Part shown: positions 49,172 to 56,572 of the stretch, one piece after another
Numbering within the stretch: the stretch's first letter is position 1
Layout: each line of letters starts with the position of its first letter
Notes under the pieces: model-generated
What the model was told of the DNA's origin: nothing
Seen by the model: only the letters and a program-made list of their open reading frames with translations
Databases searched by the model: none
Source: an uncultured Gemmatimonadota bacterium
GTDB taxonomy: Bacteria > Gemmatimonadota > Gemmatimonadetes > Palauibacterales > Palauibacteraceae
Length of the DNA: 64,000 nucleotides
Assembly (NCBI GenBank): GCA_964627425.1
Contig: CAZVIY010000001.1
Location: 160,128-224,127 of the forward strand
Direction: 5' to 3'
Position numbers and translations under genes: made by a program

Positions 49172-50286
49172 CCGTCCTCCGGGTCGCCCGCGTCGTCCCT
49201 ATCGTCCCCGAACCGCGGCCCGTCCGGATGCCCTCCGCCCGAGCCGCCCCCGAGCCAGGCCAGGTGATCGAGCTGGGCCGACAGACGGCGGGATCCCTCG
49301 GCCCACGCCACCTCCTCCGAGACGTACCACAGCGGGATCCGCGGATCCAGGCGGCCGGCCACCTTCACCACGTCCTTCAGCGTGCCCATCATCCCATCCT
49401 CTCCCGCGGCGCGGGCCATCTCCGCGACGGTCTCCTCCTCGATGTGGTGGTGATCCGGAAACAGGTAGGTATGCTCCAGGCCGGGACGTGACGCCGCCTG
49501 CCGGTCCAGAAACTCCTCCCCGTGCATGACCGAAGCAAACGCCACCCGGGGTGCGGCCTCGGGGCGGGCCGCCGCAGCAGCATTGACGGCCTCCAGGCCG
49601 GTGGACCGGATCCGGCACGCCGCCACGGCGGCCGCGGGAAACTGGAGCCGGAGGCACCCCATCAGCCCCGCCAGGCCGCTCCCGGGGGACGGATCCCGGC
49701 AGGTGAGGATCACGGCGTCGCTCCGGGCGAGCTCGCCCCACCGGTCCCGGGCGGGCCCGGCCGGAAGCCGTTCCCATGCCCGCCGACCCGCGTCCTCGGC
49801 CCTCACCACCGTCCACTCCAGGTCCCGGCCCAGGCGTCGGTGCTGGAACCCGTCGTCCAGTACCGCGACCCGTGCTCCCCGGGCCACCGCCGCGTCCACG
49901 GCCCGAGCCCGTTCGGGCGCCCCGGTCACCACCGCCCCCGGATTCAGCCGCCGGTGCACCTCCAGCTCGTCGTCGAATCCCCTGCTCACCACGGCGGTTG
50001 GTACGCCCCGGGAGAGGAGGCTCCCGGCGGCGCTGGCGGCCAGCGGGGTCTTCCCGCTCCCCCCCACGGTGAGCCCTCCCACCGACAGGACGGGCACGGG
50101 GGAGGGCCGCGGGGCGGCGAATCCGCTCTCGTAGGCCAGGTTCCGCAGGTCGGCTGCCAGGCCGAAGATGGAGGAGGCCAGCCGGAGACCCGGGCCGGCC
50201 CCCGACCGCCAGCCGGACCGGACCCTCCGCTCCGGCCCGCGCCTCCGGTCCCGGCGCGGGGCCGGTTCCCGGTGCGGGCCGCTCAT
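49168..50286 (-). CDS. lpxK: tetraacyldisaccharide 4'-kinase
   Basis: P-loop VGGLTVGGSGKTPL and DDGFQH. ATG 50286 overlaps the lpxB stop (ATGA). The 676-aa ORF-track extension is a shadow over lpxB. Confidence 0.9.
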   Translation of the reverse strand: MSGPHREPAPRRDRRRGPERRVRSGWRSGAGPGLRLASSIFGLAADLRNLAYESGFAAPRPSPVPVLSVGGLTVGGSGKTPLAASAAGSLLSRGVPTAVVSRGFDDELEVHRRLNPGAVVTGAPERARAVDAAVARGARVAVLDDGFQHRRLGRDLEWTVVRAEDAGRRAWERLPAGPARDRWGELARSDAVILTCRDPSPGSGLAGLMGCLRLQFPAAAVAACRIRSTGLEAVNAAAAARPEAAPRVAFASVMHGEEFLDRQAASRPGLEHTYLFPDHHHIEEETVAEMARAAGEDGMMGTLKDVVKVAGRLDPRIPLWYVSEEVAWAEGSRRLSAQLDHLAWLGGGSGGGHPDGPRFGDDRDDAGDPEDG

Positions 50287-51467
50287 GGGTGAGTCGTCCT
50301 CCCGAGCAGCTCCGCGCACCGGTCGGCCACCCGCCCGGCCACGCCCGGCCGTCCCAGCCGCCCGGCCACCGTCGACAGACCGTCGGCCATGCGGCGCCGC
50401 TCCTGCGACCCCCGGTCCAGCAGGGGTCGGAGGGCCTCCGCCAGGGGTTCCGGCTCCACCTCCTCCTGGAGGTATTCCGGGACGAGTCGGCGATCGGCGA
50501 TGAGGTTGACCAGGGCCACGTGGTCGACCTCCACCAGGTGGCGCGCCAGCCAGAACGTCATCGGGTGCATCCGGTAGGCCACCACCATGGGCGTGCGGTG
50601 GAGGGCGAGCTCCAGCGTCATGGTCCCCGACTTGGTGAGGGCCGCCGTGGCCGATCGGGCCGCCTCCTCCGGGGGGACCAGCCTCCCCTCCAGCCCCCCC
50701 TGCCCCGTTGCCGGGTAGTCCGTCGGATCCAGGTGGGGAGACCGGGCCACCAGGATTCGGAGGCCGGGACGCCGTTCCCGCAGCCTCCGCGCCGTCTCGC
50801 GGAAGACGGGGAGAAGCCGGACGACCTCCTGCCTGCGGGATCCCGGGAAGAGGCCGAGGACGGTTCGGTCCGGTCCGTGGCCCGCCCCGGTTCCCTCCCC
50901 CGGGTCCCCGCCCGCCGGCGGCGCTCCCCCCTCGCTCTCGTCCAGGAGGGGATGTCCCACGAACTCCACCGCCGCCGAGGCCTCGCGGAAGATCTCCTCC
51001 TCGAACGGGAGTACCACACAGAGCCGATCGGCGTACCGGGCGAGGGAACGGATCCGGGACCGATGCCACGCCCACACCTGGGGAGCGATGTAGTAGAGCA
51101 CGGGGATCCCCCGGCCGCTGGCGAACCGGGCCAGCGGGAGGTTGAAGCCCGGATAATCGATGGGGACCACCAGATCCACCTCCTGCCGGACGAGACAACG
51201 CCGCACCCGGCGCCTGAGGTGGAGGAAGAACGGAACGCTCCGGACCACCTCGGCCAGCCCGAGCACCGCCAGGTCGTCCAGCTCGGCCAGGAGCGAGACG
51301 CCGGCGGACGCCATCTCCCGCCCCCCCGTCCCCAGGAGGCGCACGTCGGGGAGCCTGTCCCGGAGGGCCCGGGCCAGCCGCCCTCCGTACCGATCGCCGG
51401 AGGTCTCCCCGGCGGAGAGATAGATGGTGGGTCCCGTACCCCGTGCCGGGGAGGGATCAGCCGACAC
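50283..51467 (-). CDS. lpxB: lipid-A-disaccharide synthase
   Basis: The translation has IYLSAGETSGD, IDYPGFNL and YYIAPQVWAW. GTG start at 51467. Confidence 0.92.
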   Translation of the reverse strand: MSADPSPARGTGPTIYLSAGETSGDRYGGRLARALRDRLPDVRLLGTGGREMASAGVSLLAELDDLAVLGLAEVVRSVPFFLHLRRRVRRCLVRQEVDLVVPIDYPGFNLPLARFASGRGIPVLYYIAPQVWAWHRSRIRSLARYADRLCVVLPFEEEIFREASAAVEFVGHPLLDESEGGAPPAGGDPGEGTGAGHGPDRTVLGLFPGSRRQEVVRLLPVFRETARRLRERRPGLRILVARSPHLDPTDYPATGQGGLEGRLVPPEEAARSATAALTKSGTMTLELALHRTPMVVAYRMHPMTFWLARHLVEVDHVALVNLIADRRLVPEYLQEEVEPEPLAEALRPLLDRGSQERRRMADGLSTVAGRLGRPGVAGRVADRCAELLGRTTHP

Positions 51468-51591
51468 GATCCAGGAAGAACATCAGCGCCAGCGTCAGGA
51501 TCAGGAGGAGGATCAGGATCAGGTTCCCCGGCCCCTTCTTGGGGCGGGGGCCGAGCTTCTTCCGTTCCTCACGAATCTTCCAGAGCGTCAT
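51457..51591 (-). CDS. candidate 44-aa single-pass membrane microprotein (not in the ORF track)
   Basis: My own translation is MTLWKIREERKKLGPRPKKGPGNLILILLLILTLALMFFLDRVG*. A GAGGG sequence lies 8 nt upstream of the ATG. Third-position GC is high. It fills the only roughly 100-nt gap in the operon. Confidence 0.45.
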   Translation of the reverse strand: MTLWKIREERKKLGPRPKKGPGNLILILLLILTLALMFFLDRVG

Positions 51592-52612
51592 CCTCTAGTC
51601 CCTCGATCTCTCGCGTGATGCGGAGGGCGACCGCCAGTGCGTCGCGCGCCTCGCGGCCCGACACGAGCCGTGGAGATCCTCCACGGACGGCCTCCAGGAA
51701 GGCCTCCAGCTCCAGCTTCAGGGGCTCGCTCCCGTCGCCCCGGACGGGAACGCGATCCACGACGTCGGACAGGGTCGCCGGTTCCGGGGGCTGCTCCCCC
51801 CCGTCCCGTCGGCGCAGGAATTCGCCGCGCTCCGAGGCCAGGTCCAGGCTGAGGTAGCCGGAGTCCTGGAAGATCCGGAGCTCCCGGGTCTGCTCCATCG
51901 ACACCCGGCTGGCCGTGATGTCCGCCACCGTGCCGTCGGCGAAGAGCAACCGGGCGTTGGCGATGTCCACCGAGTCGGTGAGCACCGGGACCCCCACCGC
52001 GTGGAGTTCGGTCACCGGCGAATCCACCAGACCGAGGACCAGGTCGATGTCGTGGATCATCAGATCCAGGATCACCGTGACGTCGGTCCCCCGCCGCTGG
52101 AAGGGCGCCAGCCGGACCGACTCCAGGAAACGGGGGCGGTCCAGGTGGCGCCGGCCGGCGCGGACGGCTCCGTTGAACCGTTCCACGTGGCCGGCGCCCA
52201 GGAACACCCCCTCCTCGTCGGCGATCCGCAGCAGGTCGTCGGCCTCCTCCAGGGTCGGGGTGAGCGGCTTCTCCATGAGGGTATGACACCCCGCGTCCAG
52301 GCAGCGACGCCCCACCGAATGGTGGACGCTGGTCGGGACCGCCACCACCACCGCGTCGACCCGATCCAGCAGCCCTCCGAGCTCCGGGATGTGGCGGGTG
52401 TCCAGGCGGTCGGCCACCTCCCGTCCGCGGTCCTCCCGCCGGTCGTGGACGCCCATCAGGCGGGAGCCCGGGAGGGAAGCCAGGATCCTGGCGTGCTCGG
52501 CTCCCAGCCGGCCCACTCCCACCACCCCGGTCCTCAGAGGCTCCGCCGTTCCCCCCGCCGGCGCGTCCCTTCCGGCACCGCCCCCGCCGGGGCCGGTCCC
52601 CTCAGGTGACAA
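51569..52612 (-). CDS. Gfo/Idh/MocA-family NAD(P)-dependent oxidoreductase (GnnA-like position in the lpx cluster)
   Basis: Rossmann N-terminus GVVGVGRLGAEHA, plus EKPL and the C-terminal Gfo/Idh/MocA fold pattern. The TTG 52612 start is uncertain. Confidence 0.85.
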   Translation of the reverse strand: MSPEGTGPGGGGAGRDAPAGGTAEPLRTGVVGVGRLGAEHARILASLPGSRLMGVHDRREDRGREVADRLDTRHIPELGGLLDRVDAVVVAVPTSVHHSVGRRCLDAGCHTLMEKPLTPTLEEADDLLRIADEEGVFLGAGHVERFNGAVRAGRRHLDRPRFLESVRLAPFQRRGTDVTVILDLMIHDIDLVLGLVDSPVTELHAVGVPVLTDSVDIANARLLFADGTVADITASRVSMEQTRELRIFQDSGYLSLDLASERGEFLRRRDGGEQPPEPATLSDVVDRVPVRGDGSEPLKLELEAFLEAVRGGSPRLVSGREARDALAVALRITREIEGLEDDALEDS

Positions 52613-53459
52613 CGCCGCGCTCGCTCGATCGGATGAAGTCCATCAGCTCGGCGACCTCCTCGCCCACGTCCTCCTCGCCCTCGAGGCGGTCCAGGGCCGC
52701 TCCCAGGTTCATCTCCGACTGGAAGAGGGAGCGGTAGGCGGAGCGCAGCTCACGCATCACCTCCCGGTCGAATCCGCTCCTGCGGAGGCCCACCGTGTTC
52801 AGGCCGTACGACTCGCAGGGATTGCCCGCCACCATGAGGTAGGGTGGGACGTCCTGGGGGAGCCGCGAGCCGCCGCCGACGAAGGCGTGCCGCCCGATCC
52901 GCACGAACTGGTGGATGGCCGTCACGCCGCCCACCACGGCGTGATCGCCGATCTCCACGTGGCCGCCCATGTTCACGGCGTTGGCCACGATCACCCCGTC
53001 GCCCAGACGGCAGTCGTGGGCCACGTGGGCGTAGGCCATGATCAGACACTTCTCTCCCACCGTCGTCCGGCCCGCCGCCCGCGTCCCCCGGTTCAGCGTG
53101 GCGTACTCCCGGACGACCGTCCCGGCCCCGACCTCGAGCGTGGTGGGCTCGCCCTCGTACTTGAGGTCCTGGGGATCGGTCCCCAGGACCGCCCCGTGGT
53201 GGATCCGGCAGGCCTCCCCCACACGGGTGTCCCGCTCGATGAGGGCGTTCGAGGCCACCCTCACGTCGGGCCCGAGGGTCACGCCCGGACCCACGACGCT
53301 GTGGGGACCGACCCGGGCCGTGGGATGGACCGAGGCGTCGGGATGCAGGTGAGCCGCAGGATGCATCCCTCCCTCCCATTCCACCGCCGGAGGGCGCCCG
53401 GCATCGATGGAAGCTCCAGCCTCCTCTGGCGCCTCGGCCGTTCCGGACTCGTCCCTCAT
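52602..53459 (-). CDS. lpxA: UDP-N-acetylglucosamine O-acyltransferase
   Basis: Hexapeptide-repeat left-handed beta-helix with a helical LpxA-type C-terminus (NTVGLRRSGF...AYR). ATG 53459 overlaps the lpxC/fabZ stop (ATGA). Confidence 0.92.
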   Translation of the reverse strand: MRDESGTAEAPEEAGASIDAGRPPAVEWEGGMHPAAHLHPDASVHPTARVGPHSVVGPGVTLGPDVRVASNALIERDTRVGEACRIHHGAVLGTDPQDLKYEGEPTTLEVGAGTVVREYATLNRGTRAAGRTTVGEKCLIMAYAHVAHDCRLGDGVIVANAVNMGGHVEIGDHAVVGGVTAIHQFVRIGRHAFVGGGSRLPQDVPPYLMVAGNPCESYGLNTVGLRRSGFDREVMRELRSAYRSLFQSEMNLGAALDRLEGEEDVGEEVAELMDFIRSSERGVVT

Positions 53460-54751
53460 CGGTCCACCACCCGTGCCATCATGGTCGCCTCCGCCACCGA
53501 TCGCCCGTCCACCCGGCCCACCCCCTTCATCCGGCAGATGCTCCCGCGGAACTGCAGCATCTCCAGCTCGAAGATCAACTGGTCCCCGGGCGTGACCGGC
53601 CGACGCCACTTCACGTCGTCCAGCGACATGAAGTATACCACCTTCTCCTCGGGGTCATCGAACTCGTTCATCAGGAGGAGTCCGCCCACCTGGGCCATGG
53701 CCTCGATGATGAGGACCCCCGGCATGATCGGATGTCCGGGATAATGGCCCTGGAAGAAGGGCTCGTTGATGGTGACGTTCTTGAGGCCCACGATGCGCTC
53801 GCCGGGCTCGAAGTCCACCACGCGATCCACCAGGAGCATGGGATAGCGGTGGGGGATGTACTCCAGGATCTCGTTGATGTCCAGGACGGGCCCACCGCCG
53901 CGCTCCTTCCGACGGAGCCGGCTGACGAGCTCCCGGGCCACGGCCACGTTCCCCCTGTGGCTGGGTCGCTCCGCCAGGACGTGCGCCTGCAGTCGAGCTC
54001 CCACGAGGGTCAGGTCTCCCACCATGTCGAGGATCTTGTGGCGGACGAATTCGTCGTCGTAGCGCAGCTCGGTCCCCCCGGCGATCCCGTCCTCGGTGAG
54101 GACCACCGTGTTCTCGTGGGACGCCCCCAGGGCCAGCCCCCGGGAGTGGAGGTCCTCCCGCCAGGCCTCCAGGCCGAAGGTCCTGGCGCGCCCCACGCTC
54201 CGGCAGAAGTCCCCGTCGCAGACGACGGCGCTGGCGAACTGCCGGCCGATGAGGGGATGCTCGAACTCGATCTCGGCCGAGATCCGGTACCGGGGGTGGG
54301 GACTCACCGTATAGCGCGAATCGCCCTCGACCACGGTGAAGGCCTCCTCCACCTCGAGCACCCGGGCCGGGCGATCCTGGGACCGGACCCCCACCTCCTC
54401 GATCAGCTCGCACCAGGGCGCCGCGCTCCCGTCGCCCGCCGGCGGCTCGGGTCCCTCCAGCCGAATCTCGGCGTTGTCCACCCCCGCGGCGGCCAGGGCG
54501 GCCAGCAGGTGTTCCATGGTCCGGATCCGCGCCTCGCCGCGGGCGAGGCTGGTCTCCCAGTCCACGCCGCTCACAAAGGCCACGTCGGCCGGGACCACGG
54601 GCTCTCCCTCCAGGTCGGTCCGGCGGAACCGGATGCCGGAATCGGCGGGAGCCGGGCCGATCTCCAGGGAGACGTCTCGACCGCTGTGGAGTCCGGTCCC
54701 CTCGAAGCGCCGGGTCCCGCCGAGGGTCTTCTGCTCCGGCACGGCGTTCAC
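53456..54751 (-). CDS. lpxC: bifunctional UDP-3-O-acyl-GlcNAc deacetylase / 3-hydroxyacyl-ACP dehydratase
   Basis: The N-half has LpxC motifs (GTGLHSG, TMEHLLAALA, HKILDMVGDL, ERPSH). The C-half has the FabZ hotdog (IPHRYPMLLVDRV, FFQGHYPGHPIMPGVL). GTG 54751 overlaps the lpxD stop. Confidence 0.93.
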   Translation of the reverse strand: MNAVPEQKTLGGTRRFEGTGLHSGRDVSLEIGPAPADSGIRFRRTDLEGEPVVPADVAFVSGVDWETSLARGEARIRTMEHLLAALAAAGVDNAEIRLEGPEPPAGDGSAAPWCELIEEVGVRSQDRPARVLEVEEAFTVVEGDSRYTVSPHPRYRISAEIEFEHPLIGRQFASAVVCDGDFCRSVGRARTFGLEAWREDLHSRGLALGASHENTVVLTEDGIAGGTELRYDDEFVRHKILDMVGDLTLVGARLQAHVLAERPSHRGNVAVARELVSRLRRKERGGGPVLDINEILEYIPHRYPMLLVDRVVDFEPGERIVGLKNVTINEPFFQGHYPGHPIMPGVLIIEAMAQVGGLLLMNEFDDPEEKVVYFMSLDDVKWRRPVTPGDQLIFELEMLQFRGSICRMKGVGRVDGRSVAEATMMARVVDR

Positions 54752-55854
54752 CGCCCTTCCTCCTCGCCGCCGGTGGCCACGACCTCCTCCACCCGGTCCT
54801 CCAGCGCCTTGAGCCGACGCAGCGCCTCGGGGAGGCGGAGCAGGGCCGCGCTGGCGCGCATGGCCTCGCCGTGGGGACGGGCCGGATAGCCCGAATACGT
54901 CGCACCTTCGGGCACGTCGCCGATGACGCCGGCCTGGGCGGCCACCCGGGCGCCATCGCCGATCTCCAGGTGACCCGAGATCCCCGCCTGACCGGCCAGC
55001 CTCACGCCGTCCCCCACGCGGGCGCTCCCCGCCAGACCCACCTGGGCCACGATCATGCAGTTTCGCCCGATCCGGACGTTGTGGCCCACGTGGACCAGGT
55101 TGTCGATCTTGGTACCGGCGCCGACCACCGTGTCCTCCAGGGTGCCCCGGTCGATGGTGCTGTTCGCCCCCACCTCCACGTCGTCCTCGAGGATGCACCC
55201 GCCCACCTGCGGCATCTTCCGGGCGGTGGTGCTCTCCGAGAAGACCCACCCGAACCCCTCGCTGCCGACGCGGGCGCCGGGGTGCAGGACCACCCGGTCC
55301 CCGAGGCGGGAGCCGCGTTGCACCACACAACCGGCGCCGACCCTGCACTCCTCACCGATCTCCACGCCGTCCTCCACCACCGCGTGGGGACCGATCCAGC
55401 TGCGTGCCCCCAGCTTCACCTCGTCACCGAGGACCGCGTGCTGCCCCACGGTGACCCCGTCGCCCATCTCGACGCCGTCCCCGAGGACCGCCGTCTCCGC
55501 CACGCCGGGCTCGGGCTCGGGCTCGGGATGGAACAGGCGCACGGCGCGAGCGAAGGAGGCCCGGGCGTCGTCCACGCGAATCAGGACGCTCTCCCCGGCC
55601 GGCACCTCGAGGTCGTGAGGCACGAGAACGGCTCCCGGCCGGGAGTCCCGCAGTGCGTCGGTATAGGGTTCGCCGACCACGAAGGTGAGATCCCGGGGGC
55701 CCGCATCCTCCACCGCGGCCACCCCCGTCAGGACCTGGTCCCCGTCCCCGTCCACACGACCGGACACGTGCTCCGCCACGGCACGGACGGGGACGCTCCC
55801 CCCCTCTCCGGCGCGGTCGCCGCGACCCATCGGACGCGGCGACATCCCCTCCAT
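54748..55854 (-). CDS. lpxD: UDP-3-O-acylglucosamine N-acyltransferase
   Basis: An LpxD N-domain followed by a long hexapeptide-repeat beta-helix. The start is ATG 55854 or 55845. Confidence 0.9.
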   Translation of the reverse strand: MEGMSPRPMGRGDRAGEGGSVPVRAVAEHVSGRVDGDGDQVLTGVAAVEDAGPRDLTFVVGEPYTDALRDSRPGAVLVPHDLEVPAGESVLIRVDDARASFARAVRLFHPEPEPEPGVAETAVLGDGVEMGDGVTVGQHAVLGDEVKLGARSWIGPHAVVEDGVEIGEECRVGAGCVVQRGSRLGDRVVLHPGARVGSEGFGWVFSESTTARKMPQVGGCILEDDVEVGANSTIDRGTLEDTVVGAGTKIDNLVHVGHNVRIGRNCMIVAQVGLAGSARVGDGVRLAGQAGISGHLEIGDGARVAAQAGVIGDVPEGATYSGYPARPHGEAMRASAALLRLPEALRRLKALEDRVEEVVATGGEEEGR

Positions 55855-55897
55855 CGGGCCCTCGGCGCCGCGCCGCTCCTCCCTCAGCGGTCCCGCC

Positions 55898-56491
55898 TCA
55901 GCGGCCGGAGCCGCCGGGGGTCGAAGGGCTACCGCTCGCCTGCTGCTCCTCCAGCCGCTGCAGAACGTCCTGGGTGATGTTCAGGGAGGGATCCGCCGCC
56001 ACCACACCGGGACCCGAGACGTCGAAGACCAGCGCATAGCCCCGCTCCTGGCGGAGCGCCTCGATCACGCCCTGGACCCGCTCCAGGATCGGCTGCAGGA
56101 GCTCCTGCTGACGGCTCCCCACCTCCTGCTCCAGCTGCTGGGCCCGCCGCTGGAGCTCCTGCCGCTTCTGGGCGATCTCCTCCTCGCGTCTCTGCTCGGC
56201 CTCGGGGGTGAGGGTGGATCGCTGCTGCTCCAACGCCTGCGTCAGCGAGTCGAGCTCGGCCTGCATCTGCTCGACCTCGGCCTGGTACTCCTTCAGCTCG
56301 GCCTGGAACGTCTGCTGGGCCTCGGTGGCACCCGGCGCGTTCATCACCACCTCCTGGGTGTTCACGAAGGCCACCGACGGAAAGTCGGCATCCTGGACCC
56401 CGCTCGCTCCCTCCTGGGCGGGGAGAGGACCGGCGAGGACGACCCCCGCCACGGCGACGGTCAGGGCGATGACTGCGAGACGTCTATACAT
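55898..56491 (-). CDS. skp: OmpH/Skp-family periplasmic chaperone
   Basis: Signal peptide followed by a Q/E/L-rich coiled coil. It lies between bamA and lpxD. Confidence 0.85.
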   Translation of the reverse strand: MYRRLAVIALTVAVAGVVLAGPLPAQEGASGVQDADFPSVAFVNTQEVVMNAPGATEAQQTFQAELKEYQAEVEQMQAELDSLTQALEQQRSTLTPEAEQRREEEIAQKRQELQRRAQQLEQEVGSRQQELLQPILERVQGVIEALRQERGYALVFDVSGPGVVAADPSLNITQDVLQRLEEQQASGSPSTPGGSGR

Positions 56492-56572
56492 GAGTGGGCT
56501 CCTGGTCCGTGATCGTGGTTCGGCGCTGTTCGTCTGTCGTCCAGTGGTGATATCCGCGGGCCGCCTGAAGGT

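Noticed and set aside
51569-52612. The gene between lpxA and lpxB as LpxI (UDP-2,3-diacylglucosamine hydrolase), as in alpha-proteobacteria.
   Set aside because: The sequence has a Rossmann GxGxxG N-terminus and Gfo/Idh/MocA organisation, not the DUF1009 fold of LpxI.
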